Shown here piece by piece: positions 1 through 13,300 of a DNA stretch of 64,000 nucleotides (its first letter is position 1; every line of letters starts with the position of its first letter). The translations under genes and the position numbers were made by a program. The stretch comes from Bugula neritina (lineage: Eukaryota; Animalia; Bryozoa): contig OZ037769.1 of the NCBI GenBank assembly GCA_964035545.1, forward strand, positions 17,018,633-17,082,632. Direction: 5' to 3'. A model generated the notes under the pieces. It was given only the letters and a program-made list of their open reading frames with translations, had not been told where the DNA came from and ran no database searches.

Positions 1-3000
1 ATGATGATCAAAATACTGTAAGGTTTACAGCATCGCCAAAACTAACCATTTGTGTATAAGCCCTGTATAAGTATTGTAGTAAAGATTTAACCCGCGTAAT
101 GATGCCATGAAATCACATGGCCGGTTAGCTCAGTTGGTTAGAGCGTCGTGCTAATAACGCGAATGTCGCGGGTTCGAGCCCCGTACTGGCCAAATTTTTT
201 ATATAATGTTATATATTGATTAGCCATACAAACGATTATAGTAATAAATAGGAAAGCAATCATCAAATAATATAAAACCGCCTTTCATGGTTTTTTTAAA
301 AGTTGATTGAATTTTTTCCAGAGATTGTAAAGCGGAACCACAAAATACGTCTGTTAGATCTACCCTTGTGTCTGTACAAATTGCGGAGAGACTAGACAAT
401 ATCCTTCCTCTTGTACCAAAGAATCTCGAAGGCAGTGCTATACTCATATCAGCTAAACAGTCTAAACAGGTGGAGTGTAATTTTTATATGAATGAGATGT
501 TATGAAAAGTCTTTAGTTAGTGAAGTGTTGGCATTGTGAAAGTGTGGTACAAATTTAAAACTACCGCTAGGTGGCGCTGAGCAGGGGCAGTGATGACAGT
601 TTCGGTGGTAGTGATTGCATTGGATCTCCTCTGAAGATCGAGTCATGCGTCAACTATGAGGATGTTGACCGTCAGATTTCACAGACTGGCAAGAAAGTGC
701 GGGTGCTGCATCTAGACAGACCTAATGTTTACCCTTTATCGTACTCCAAGGCTATGTAAGACTGTGCTCCTTCTACTAACTGTTACCATGTAGATGTTGT
801 TTCATGTCTCTTTATTTTGTGTTGATGTGAAAAACTGCTTTGGAAATATCTCCTTGGTTTATAGACTGTCACATGCGGAGGAGATAGCTAACTATTGTAT
901 GTCCATATATATTCACTAGCTGATGTCAGTGTGAGTCATTTACTTGCAGTGAATTCATGTCAGTAGCCAAGTTGGATGGAAGCAATGACCTCAACAGACC
1001 TCTAGTGTGCGTCTGCAACCCGCTGGATAATAGAGATCATGTGATGGCTTTGGGTACATTCAGAAGGGATAGTAGCTCTCTGCTGTTCTCTCTTCACTAT
1101 CAGGGTGAGTGACTGAGGGTGTAGAGTTACTACACTATCAGAGTGAGTGACTGAGGGTGTAGAGTCACTACACTATCAGGGTGAGTGACTGAGGGTGTAG
1201 AGTTACTACACTATCAGGGTGAGTGACTGAGGGTGTAGAGTTACTACACTATCAGAGTGAGTGACTGAGGGTGTAGAGTTACTACACTATCAGGGTGAGT
1301 GACTAAGGGTGTAGAGTTACTACACTATCAGGTTTACTGTATTATTGTAATGTTGAAGAATGGCTACTGTATTGCAATCATCTTATTACTATATATTATA
1401 CAATGTGTTACTAACTAATATATTTGTTTTATACACAATAATACAATAATATAATAATATAATACAATACAATAATGTAATATATTAGTATAATGTAATA
1501 CGATAATATAATATAATAATACAATACAATAATATTGCAATGCTATCGTATAAGTAATATATTGGTTTGTAGAAGTTCCATCACATGACTTGATGAACAA
1601 GTCTATACTGAAGTCACTTCTGTCTGAATGTAGTTCTACTATCCCCGGGGGCAATGTATGTATTTCATCTCATTCATTTTATTTCCTTTGGCTCTAAAGA
1701 GTGAAACTGTTGAAGCCACACCACGCTATAAACATGGTGTCCTGTTTTATGTTCAGATCTTGACAAGAGCCAAGGCTGAGTATCATTTGATGTCTACATG
1801 CTCTAATCTGCTTAGAGAGAACCTCTCTGCTGAAGAAGTCAATGCGTACAGCTCACATAGTGCTGTTACAGTGTGTGAGTAAGACATCATTGTGATATAC
1901 TGACACTAAGTACTACACACACTGATATATTATATACTAATATACTGGTACTACACACTCAGGTGCTGAATGGAATGGTGTTGACTCACTCCTTCAGACT
2001 CCACCCCCTGACACAGTAGCCTCTCTGAAGCTGAAGGTAGTAAATGGAGACAGATCAAGTATGGTGTATTCTATATATGAAGAACTCGAATATCTCAAGG
2101 TTGGTAGTCTCTTCTCTATCCACTCCTTGTCTTCTGTATCCACTCCTTACCTTCTGTATCCACTCCTTGTCTTCTGTATCCACTCCTTGTCTTCTCTATC
2201 CACTCCTTGCCTTCTCTATCCACTCCTTGTCTTCTGTATCCACTCCTTGCCTTCTCTATCCACTCCTTACCTTCTGTATCCACTCCTTGCCTTCTGTATC
2301 CACTCCTTGCCTTCTGTATCCACTCCTTGTCTTCTGTATCCACTCCTTGCCTTCTCGATCCACTCCTTACCTTCTGTATCCACTCCTTGCCTTCTGTATC
2401 CACTCCTTGCCTTCTGTATCCACTCCTTGCCTTCTGTATCCACTCCTTGTCTTCTCTATCCACTCCTTGCCTTCTGTATCCACTCCTTGTCTTCTGTATC
2501 CACTCCTTGCCTTCTCTATCCACTCCTTGCCTTCTGTATCCACTCCTTGCCTTCTGTATCCACTCCTTGCCTTCTGTATCCACTCCTTGCCTTCTGTATC
2601 CACTCCTTGCCTTCTGTATCCACTCCTTGTCTTCTGTATCCACTCCTTGCCTTCTGTATGACTCACAGCCACTGAATAGTAGTTGTCTTCTCTTTATATC
2701 AAGTATATTATCATTATTTTAGAACTTAGTCAGTAGCCTAAGATCTGGAAAAACTAGTTGGCCTGAGGTTGAGAGATCAGTCACACCCATCGAACTCACT
2801 AGAAAGCTGCTCAAGTCTCCTGTCTATGAAGATGAAGGGTTGGTATTGCCTGGGGACACGACTATTCAAGTAAACAGCATTGACCCGAGGAAGAACCTTG
2901 ACTTTACAGATAGACTGTGGTCCATCCTTATGGGTAAGGGTGATGCTCTCTCCCCTCTCTCTAACATGTGTTTGTAGCAGCAAACAGTGTGATAATGATC

Positions 3001-4509
3001 TCTTCATCATGTTGCAGGCTGCCAGTCATACAGTGAGCTGCTAGAGGTCATGGAGTGCGTAGTCAACTCTGTATCGTCTCGGAGTTGTCAACCCCTCATG
3101 GTAAATATAAGCAGCTCTTCATTTCCTGTTATTGAAAGATTCTATCAAGTTCGCAAAACCACATCACTAATTCAACCTGTAAGATTTCGTTATATCTAAT
3201 ATTATATTTTGTAACACTTTCTACTGCCAACTACTCATGGGTTTCAGGTGTCCCAAGGCAACACCAATCCTTTAGCCAAGTGGATATATTCGCAGCAGGC
3301 GGGGCACTCAGAGCCCTCCTCAAACCATCTGGACTTTGGAAGTCTTCAGGCTTTGATATACTTCATTGAGGTTGGACTGGAAAAACTGACAAAGGACTAC
3401 GTGCACACTTACCTGGGTAACATTTAACTTACCTGAGTAATATGTACTACTACTGGTAATCTTCAAGGTGAATAGATATGTTTTATTTACAAGTTGTCTT
3501 CTCTATTTCTCATGTACAGGAAGTTTCGGTGGTCTCGTCACGCCAGACAAGTTGGAGTGTTTCACCAAACAGACCGTCTCTGTGCAGGAGAGACTGAATA
3601 ACCTGTACAAGCTACACACAGGTAAGTGTTAAATATCTACAGGTAAGTGTTGTGTATCCACAGGTAAGTGTGTCTACAGGTAAGTGTTGCGAGTCTACAG
3701 GTAAGTGTGTCTACAGGTAAGTGTGTCTACAGGTAAGTGTCTGATGAATTGTTGCAGTGTTGGAGTTGTCTGCCCTCCTCCACAGTTTCCTCAGACTCCC
3801 TCTGACAGCGGTGAGATCCGCCACGTCTGCTGCCCTGCAACATCTCTCAACTCACACTACGCTGCCTCAGGATGGACTCCAACTCTCCACGTCTATAGCA
3901 AACCTGTCGGACATCATCCACACGTATGTTAGCTCTTCTCTCATTGGCTACTGCGTGTAACGTGCGTTTTTATTTGCGGAAATGTTTGCTCACTGGTAAA
4001 CCCTTGCTTGTAGTCAATCTCCGGAAACTTGGGAGGCTGTGATTGGTGGAGAGGAAGGTCCCAGTCAGATCTTTGTTAAGATAAGCAAGTGTGAACCTGA
4101 ACACGGCGTAGTGCTGCCCCCTAGTGGTGAGTCTCACACAGTATCTTTGTTATGTGTCATTGTCTGGAGTCACAGATCCTGTGCCCTTAGACCTTGTAGG
4201 ATAAATATGTTTTGTTGTGCACAGAACATATTGACTAGTTGAACAGCACAGAGAGAGTGCAATCAGTATATTCATTAAGTATTTAACTGAAAGCTCTTTA
4301 TAGCTTGTTCTCTGAAAGCTTAGCATAGTAACAATACTATAAGTAATTCACACTCAACACACCTGAACAAGAGATGACAACTCTGAGATGTGAATTAGCA
4401 ATGCTTCATGTTATTCTACTCCCCGTTTATTATTTCAGCTGACACAGAAGACGTCTGCTACTACACTACCCTAAAACTGGAGCACCTTGATGACTGTCTC
4501 TTCACCTGA
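1..4509 (+). CDS. ZWILCH: Zwilch kinetochore (RZZ complex) protein, multi-exon; exon 1 may extend upstream of the window
   Basis: Phase-compatible GT-AG exons (1-17, 322-469, 571-755, ~950-1104 ... 4439-4509, stop TGA 4507-4509). Peptides DFTDRLWSIL, QPLMVSQGNTNPLAKWI, FIEVGLEKLTKDYVHTYL and ERLNNLYKLHTVLEL resemble recalled ZWILCH motifs (DFAEQLW, EIGLDKLKKDY, VQKLHHILE). Confidence 0.8.
119..192 (+). tRNA. tRNA-Ile (anticodon AAT), in the first visible intron of Zwilch
   Basis: GGCCGGTTAGCTCAGTTGGTTAGAGCG...CT-AAT-AA...GGTTCGAGCCCC...TGGCCA. Acceptor, anticodon and T stems pair, A/B boxes are intact, and a T-run terminator follows at ~195-200. Confidence 0.97.
1095..1332 (+). repeat. 38-bp tandem repeat spanning a Zwilch 5' splice site (6 full copies + partial)
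   Basis: Unit CACTATCAGG|GTGAGTGACTGAGGGTGTAGAGTTACTA at 1095, 1133, 1171, 1209, 1247, 1285; the first copy contains the real donor at 1105. Confidence 0.95.
2111..2659 (+). repeat. 20-bp pyrimidine-rich intronic minisatellite, ~27 copies
   Basis: CTTCTGTATCCACTCCTTGC variants start 11 nt after the donor at 2100; source of several spurious ORFs. Confidence 0.97.
3618..3740 (+). repeat. Array of 7 ACAG|GTAAGTGT sites filling a 136-nt Zwilch intron
   Basis: Copies at ~3618, 3639, 3660, 3676, 3697, 3713, 3729; intron 3622-3757. Confidence 0.93.
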
Positions 4510-5017
4510 TTGGTCAGCAGTTAGCCAATCACAAATATTTACATTCATTTAGTATACAGTTCCTTAGTCTTACTTGATAATGGCTTATTTACTCTGTACT
4601 CTGCTATTGGCCAGCAAAGGACCGACTGGTCTTTTCTTTTCTCAACATTAAATGTCACAGCTTAATTCTACTTTAAAATTTAGAGTTACACTTAGAGTAG
4701 AATGTTGTACAGCTTCACTGTAAATTTTAAGTGAATACAAGTGATGTAAAGAATAAGGCAACTCTCAGCTCCATGTTAGCAGTGAATGAAAATTAGCTAC
4801 TCAAAATGTCAAGTTATTTTATTATATTTTTGTACACAAAATACAGTAATTATATAAATTATTTAATAGAATATAACAATTGTGTCATACAATTATAACA
4901 TGGTGATACATATTTTGTAACACACCTCGGACGGAATGAGAAGAGTTTATAAAAATGATTGGCTAAAATCAGTTTGAGTCATAAAGATGGCGGCTTCCTG
5001 TTACCAGCGGACAGTAA

Positions 5018-7211
5018 TCACTGAATTCGTGAGAGCGGATGAGGTTCAGACGGTATCGGTGGTTGAGCGGGCGGCAGAATATGACCTCCTTTATGCGAGA
5101 GCATGACAATTTCTTCTTTGAGCGCATCCACTTCCTGTGCCTGCAGCTGTACGAGTTGAATCAGTCTCTGTCGCTCGTGAACGTCTGCTTTTCTCACGCC
5201 ACTGAACTCTCCACCCTGATAACATAACAGTTGATATCCAGTAACCCTTGAGGGAGTAATTAACTAGTAGATACAGTACAAGTAGATGCAGTCAGATCAT
5301 GAAATTCTACCACAATAAAAATATATAAATTGAAATTTATGTGTCAAGAGCAATTTGTTTGAAAAAAAAAATAAAACAAGGCAGAGCTTACAACTGTTGA
5401 AATGGTAACTTGTCGGAATTTTAAACTTGTTACGATTTAATAGGAAGAATTCTGATTTTAAAAGCTCCACAACTTTTTTCAGCTTTGATAGTTTAGATAC
5501 TAGTTTTATATGGTCACTATTAAACTAGTTCATAGATCTATAAACATAGCTTGAGAACTTACCAGGCTCTTCTGTTTACTGTCGAGTTGGAGCTGTAAGT
5601 CCCTTTTTTCTGTCTGCATCATATTAAGAGTTTCTATTCTATTTGTATTCTCTTTTATCAGCTCAGTGATTTTATCTTTCTTCTTCCTAATTTTCTCCTA
5701 GAAATTCAAACAAATTGTCCAATCCTAATGAGCTATTCTGTCCAAATCCAGTGAAATTATTGTACCATGTTAGGTTTACTGTGATTGGCCAACTTTATTT
5801 TAAATATAAATACTAAATCATATAACAATTCTAATAGGTTTTTCAGGCCACATATGGAAACCTATGGTTATGCATTCTGTAGTGAATAAAACTGAATATG
5901 ATAACATCAATGATAGTGTACACATACCTCCCACTTCTTCAGCTCATCTGAACACCTAATCTCTGTGTTTCTAAGCTTCTCTTTGAGTTCTTCTACTTGA
6001 CGATTCACGGTGACCTGTTCTAATTCTTCGAGGTCAACTATTCTGCCAAACTTGAGGATCATTTCTTGATTACATATAGAGTCTAACTCCATAATTTTAC
6101 TGTCAAACAGCTTCCTGTCTCGTATCAGCTGAACGTGCTTCTTCTTGTTATCTCTGAAAGCAAAGAGTAATATTAAACTGGTTTCTCACAGACATTCTGT
6201 TCAAAGAAGTCATGCATGAGCAACACATTTATCACAATGACGAGTACATTATATAAATTGATAACATGATAATTAGTTACAAGAAATATCACTGCGAGAG
6301 TCAAGAACTTGCAGACTATGAGACAGTTTAGAGAACGAAAAGGAGAAAAATAAAGACATACTTCTGCTGTTTCCTCTGCACAGCTTTCTCGTGTTCCAAT
6401 TCTTTAATTCGGTGCGACAGTCGGACAAGATCCGGGGAGTTAAACACCAGACAGTGTTGAAGGTCGTTGGGCAAATGACCGTTCTCATTGTATAGTATTT
6501 GATGCAGTCTCAAGGTCACCACGATGTCAAACTCATTCAACTTCTGCTGCTTCTCTAGCTACAAGGCATGCAAGAAAAGACTTTGTAACATAACCACTTT
6601 TTTAGATCATCAGAATAATAGTTGTGCTATTAAGTTGAGGTCTTTTCGAGCATATCTTGAAATGTATTAATGTTTTTTAAAACAGACACAGGAGTGTCGT
6701 TACTTGGGTACATTAGCAAGGGGAAACAGTTATTTACCTGGAAGGCCTCCAAGTCGCTCTCCGCAGACTTCAGACCGGCTAATATAACTTTAGTCTTCTT
6801 TGTGATATTCTCAGAGTCTTTGATCAGCTGGTCTCTGTTTTTCTTCTCTTCTGCTAAGACCTAAGAGTAAACCATGTCAAGGTCAAAGGTTAAACCCATA
6901 CATCACAGTTGCACTATAACATACACATTCTCCCATAAAATAGTAGTAGTAGTAGTAGTAGTAGCCCTAGTAGAATTCATTATATAAGCTTACTTCTTCT
7001 ATGTCGAGTCTCTTTTCTCTAAGTTGGGTTGTGTTGTTATATAAATTTTGATCACAGCCAGGAGGGCAAATGTCAAGGTCATAACCTCCGCCCTCTGACC
7101 CAGATTCATCGTCAGATTCTGACCAATCTTCATCATCCGAAGATTCATCTTCACTCTCATCATCAGAGTCTGTAAACAATAGTTTAGTGTTAGTAGTAGT
7201 GTTAGTAGTGT

Positions 7212-7258
<47 letters not shown>

Positions 7259-7316
7259 ATAGTAATAGTAGTAGTAGCAGGAGTAGTAGTAGTATTAGTG
7301 GTAGTGGTAGTAGTAA

Positions 7317-7367
<51 letters not shown>

Positions 7368-10300
7368 TAGTAGTAGTGGTAGTGGTAGTAGTAGTACTAG
7401 TAGTAGTAGTAAATAAGCTAGTAGTAGCGCTAGCGATTGTGTTAATAGTAGTAATATCACTAGAAACTAGAGGTAGTAATTATAATAAACTATGTATGTA
7501 GTTACCTCCTCCTTTATTCTCCTTCTTAGAACGTTTAATCTTCTTCTTGAACACTTTAGTGAGATAATCAGCAAACTTGTTGTTATCTCCCAGTGACTGT
7601 ACAAACAGAGCGTGCAGTGCTTTCTCCTTCTCCTGTAACCTCTCAATGTCCTTCTTCTTGGCTTCTATCTTAGCTGTCACATCCAGAGTCTGAAAGCAAT
7701 ATAGTTCATCACTAGAGTCACTCACACTGATTGTTGTTGAGTGACTCATGTTGACTACTTACTGACACTCACTGGCACTAACACTGAGTTACTCACACTT
7801 GCTGGTAATAACGCTGAGTGACTCATACTGTTGACTACCAACTCACACTCATTGTCTCACTGAGTGAGTCATGTTGACTACCAACTCACACTCATTGTCA
7901 CCAAGTGACTCACACTCATTGTCACCAAGTGACTCACACTCATTGTCACCAAGTGACTCACACTCATTGTCACCAAGTGACTCACACTCATTGTCACTGA
8001 GTGACTCACACTCATTGTCACCGAGTGACTCACACTCATTGTCACTGAGTGACTCACACTCATTGTCACTGAGTGACTCACACTCATTGTCTCACTGAGT
8101 GACATCATACCTTCGTCTGCTGGTCTATCTTCTCCTGCTGTTTGACCGCCAGTTTATTTCCCAGCAGGTTCTCGTGTTTCTCGTATTCCTTGAGCAGGAG
8201 GAACTCTTCAAACAGCGTGATGTACCGCAGGTCGGCATTCTTCAAGTCAACGTCTAACTTCAGCTTCTCGTAGTAAAGACATCTTAGGTCAGCATCAAAC
8301 ACACTCAGCATCTCCTCTATCTTACTCAGTAGTCGGTCTTGTTGATACACCAACCTTCAACACAATCATAATCATACTCAACATTTCCAAATTGATTCAA
8401 TAATCTTTTAGATATTCGCTATTCAACATGTCATGTAAAATCAGCAGTAAATTTCAATTCTCAGAATTGCTTTAAAATTTGAATTATATAGGCATATAAC
8501 ATATGTATTACAAGTTTTTAATTATTGGGTAATTCAACAGTACGTATCCTTCTGTTGTGATTTACTTGACAAAATTGAATAAATCTAGCTGTGAGCTCAT
8601 TTCAGAAAGACTCAGAAATATTCAAGTGAAAGTATATAAAGTCTGCTTCACCCTAACCTTATTTCCTGAGCCATCTTCATCTGAATTTCTAGAGGGCTGG
8701 GTATATTAGCTCTCGCATCAAGTAGAGTATCAAGGCTATCATCAGCTGTAATTGTGGAGTCTCTCTCAGCTGATTTGTGGGCGTCCTTCTGCATTAACGT
8801 ATAACTTCAGTTGTCAACATTCTCACAACTAAACTCGTTATTACTATAGCATCAGATAGTTTAAATACAAAACATACAGCACAGCATGCAGCGTAACAGT
8901 AGAATAAACAGCAAGTTAACAGAACCAAAACAAATTATTTTGCTTTAATAATTCAAAATAAAATACAAATAAAATGACAAGCAAGCGGATATAAAGCAGC
9001 AGCAGCGTTACAATACTGACAGCATGTGCGGGTATAGTAGGAAGTGTGACGAGGTTGACTCTAGAGGTGGCTGCGCTGTTGAAAGCAGTCGTATAGGCAC
9101 TGCTTATCCTAGACACGCCTCTCGAATACCTCACTGTCTATTTGAATTATCCAATAAGTGAAAGACTGATTATTTTGTCCCATAAATGCTAATTGGTACC
9201 TTCTAACAGGATGGTGCAAGCATGCACAACTCCACACAATGAATACATATGATGGAGATTTATAATAAAAACTAACAAAAGAGATTGCTGTAGTACAGCT
9301 ACTGTTTGACATTTATATCAAATAATACTCAGTGTAGTTTTTAAGAGTTGACAATTCATTAGCATCAGAATAAAGTTTTGAGTTTTGTGGACTCAAAATT
9401 GTTGACTTCAATTTAAACAAAGATCAGAGGGTGGAATATATAAAATAATATAATACGGGTATTTAATACAATATAGTATAATATGATATAACTTAGTATA
9501 GTGTAATATAGTATAATATAATAAAACACAATCTAATATAATATAATATAGTATAATATAACCTAATATAGTATAATATAATATAACATCAACAGCAATA
9601 CTAACTTTAATGGATACTTTCTTGTCCTTCTCAGTGCCACCGCCACCACCAAATCCTCCGAATGCACCCTGATTGCCACCAGTTTTAGCCAGTATTGCTT
9701 GCCGTTCCATCTCGGTTTTGAATTCTAGCAGAGACTCTTTGGTGTACTCCATCTTCCTGCAAAGTGATTGTAATAAATGTCAAGGTTTTTTATTTCCACT
9801 CCTTAACTTTCACACAGCAAACAAATACCCAAGTATATAGCTTAGGCCATTAAAATGTATATTATAATGGCTTATGCTAAATTAATTTTTTATTTATTAA
9901 ATTTATTCATAACTGCTCTACAAAGAGCAATGCTGATGAAATATCCTGCGTACCTTTCAGGAAGTTCCTCTGGATGCATTATGGGTACTGGCGGTATAGC
10001 CTTACACTTCTCCTCTCCTAGTTGAGCTTTGATATCGTTGAGCTCACCCACGTATTGAGTAATCTGCTCAATGATGCCCATTTTTCTATCTCTTAGAGAC
10101 AAGACTCTCTTGTTGAAGCCGTACTTCACTTCATGGATCTACGGCATAGGCTCTCATTGCAAAGAGGCAACAAAACACGCAGCATTGGCTCTAGAAATGG
10201 TCTTTATGAAACTATTTCCTAAGTAAGTCATGTGATCACACGCAGACGTAAAACTGATTCTTCGTCGCAGAAATAACAGACAGGATTTAATAATTCAATG

Positions 10301-13300
10301 TCTGCCATTTTATAAAACTGCTCCAACACTCAACCAATTCTCCTAAACACATCTATAAAGTTGCAATATCCACTTTAAGCTGAAACTCACTATTTCTTTG
10401 AGCACGAGTAACTTCATGATTGCCTTTTCCACGTTCATCCTCAGATGGTCTGGCACTACGTAGTCGTCTGCTGTCTTTAGCTTATAGTCACCCATGTTAC
10501 TCTGCGCCTCCGCAATGGCCGCCACATCTTCCGGGTCTTCGTAGTTATCGTCTGCACAACAACAGATGCAGAATTTCATTAGATTCTACAGATTGATGGA
10601 GTATATCTACCTGAATATCCCAGGAAACTGGGTTTATTATGCAATACTTTGTATGTGATTTGAGATTAGTAGCATGATTATAAATCCTTCACTGGTCTGG
10701 TATATCACTATAGACTGATTACCTGTCCCTCACCTGGTCGGGTATATCACTATAGACTGATTACCTGTCCCTCACCTGGTCGGGTATATCACTATAGACT
10801 GATTACCAGTCTCTCACCTGGTCGGGTATATCACTATAGACTGACTACCAGTCCCTCACCTGGTCTGGAATTGAACAAGTTGTCCCACTCTGCTTTACGT
10901 TCTGCCCTCTTTCTCTTTTTCTCTTCGACCTTCTGCAAAGCCTTCTGAATTCTCTGTCCCATCGCTCCTTTTAGATTAGTCTGAGCCTTTGTTGTCAATT
11001 CATCTCCTGCTCCTTCTCCCCCAGCCGAGTCTTTTCTCGTGGCTACGAAATAACAGGAAACGTTTAGTAAGGAGAATAGAATATGTGGACAAGGAAAGAT
11101 AACTACAGTACATCTTGGTGTTCTTTGTACGCTATATGACTAACATAATATGCCTAACAGTCATACAACTGGAATAGAATGCAAATGCACCATTTGTTAT
11201 TGAGTTATTGAAAGGAGATTGAGAAGGGATATCATGTGAAAACAGCAGAGTACCATACATGGTTATATCTACCCTACACTAGTCTAGTATAAGAAACTTT
11301 TGAAAGAATTATTCTACTAGTTCAGTTCTGTTTACTAAGTAGCTGAGAAACTTATAATTGAGAGTAAGGAAGGATTTGTGGAGGTCAAAGGGTAGTGCGA
11401 TATTAAGGAGACATCATAGTGTAACAGAAGAATCAAATTAAATAACATTTCAACGATCTTTTGGTAAAACACTAAAATGGCAGTTTAGCTATAAGTTTCA
11501 TTCCAAAGTTCATAAAAGACAAGTTCAACTAAAAGTAGAAATTCTGCCATTTTAATGCATTTTCAAGAGTAACGAGTGAACTGAAAGATGAAAGCAACAA
11601 ACCCTCAGTGTCGGTATCTTCGGCTGCAGCAAAACATTTCAAACTTTAGAAAAGTGATTCACAAGTTTAACCAAAATGCTAAGAGATTAAGTGGAACTGA
11701 GAAAGCTGTGTGCGCTCAAAGTTTACAAACTTATAATGAACACCTCAACTCCTAATTTCAAATACATTGTAAGGTTATCAAGTTGAACCAGCGTTGAATC
11801 AAACGGGAAACATACAGGAAACACCTTTGATCGCTCACCATTTATTAGACTGGGATCTCTACTCAGGTCAGACCTGGCTTTAGACATCGCTGTCTCTCTC
11901 CGCTGTTCCAATTCAGCCTTGAGTACGTAGAAGTCATCAGAGAGAATGGCAGCTCGGTATGTGGCCACTTCGTACGGAGTACTGAAGGACTTTACTACTA
12001 TTCTCTCACATTCTATCATAGCCTTGAACCTGGTTGAGTTACAAGTAATACTCAGTAGTACGTCTCTACATGCAACCTATCTATGTGATATGATGTCATT
12101 AGAAAGTAAACAACCAATCATTTACAAGAAAGCTTCTTCTATAGCTAACAGTAGAGTGTTTTAACAGTTAGCAAAATGATAGATGTGAGTTGAGTGAATA
12201 GAGTCAATATGAATATAATGTACAAGACAAAAAATTTATATTTAAACTCAGTCTAAAACAGTATAAAAAATGTAGAAGCATTTTAAAAACTAAATTCACC
12301 AAATTTAAACAGATTTATTGTTGTGTTGTTGACTTTAAAGTAAAATTGCTTTGTTTATAAGTAAACAGAATCAAAGTAAAAAAATGCAATATTCAGAAAG
12401 TCCAACTAGGTTTAAATAAACTAGTAGGTAAAAAAATAAGAACAGTAAAGTTCTCTCCTAGCCTCAGCACCTACTAAATTACCTCATCTTTAACTTATCC
12501 AGCGCAATCTGCTGTTTCTCAGACTCCCAGGCTAACTCTTTCTGCACCGTGTCTATTTTATCTTGAGTTTGTCTTGCCAGTTCCTTTTTAATCTCAGGGT
12601 CCATTTCAAACTCCTAAATACAAATTTGTTTATGACAAAGTATCTGAAAATATGCTGTGTATTTTGTTGGTAATACTACTACCGTAAATCCTCTATTTAC
12701 TGCTAATAATACTACTACCGTAAATCCTCTATTTACTGCTAATAATACTACTACTGTAAATCCTCTATTTACAGCTGGTGACACTACTACTGTATATCCT
12801 CTATTTACTGCTGGTAATACTACTACTGTATATCCTCTATTTACTGCTGATAATACTACTACTGTAAATCCTCTATTTACTGCTGGTAATACTACTACTG
12901 TGTATCATGTAAAATACTCACCACAGCATTTAGTCTCAAGTGAGTTGGTAATTCATGATTTTTCTCTAGAAGTTTCTTAAACTGTCGTCTGAGCTGAGTA
13001 ATGATACGCCTCACTTCCTGTTTCCTCTCTTCTGCTTCTCTCATCATCTTATCATGCTCCGCCTTCTGCTTTGCATCTTCAATGCTAAACACAAGGGAGA
13101 CGATAACTGAATACCAGACAACAAGAAGGGGACAAATCCTGAGTAATGATGCAAGGGAGATAATCCTTTATTACTATACACTTTTGTGATTACTTCAGTA
13201 AACTCTTTACACTTATATATTTTACAAGAAAATCATTTTCACAATTTCTAGTCAAGCATTTTAGTACTTGAAATATCTCTGCTTTTCACAAGCATTAATT

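Noticed and set aside
2044-2722. Overlapping 100-205 aa ORFs on both strands; CRISPR-like regularity
   Set aside because: They are translations of a 20-bp minisatellite in a Zwilch intron. There are no unique spacers, no cas genes, and the context is eukaryotic.
6999-7501. Poly-Leu / poly-Val ORFs
   Set aside because: (AGT)n microsatellite in an intron.
8544-8552. GTATCCTT U12-type donor motif
   Set aside because: It is on the strand opposite to CFAP44 and not at an exon boundary.
8916-9134. Possible extra CFAP44 exon
   Set aside because: The flanking exons join in phase 0 without it, and I found no phase-compatible stop-free acceptor/donor pair.
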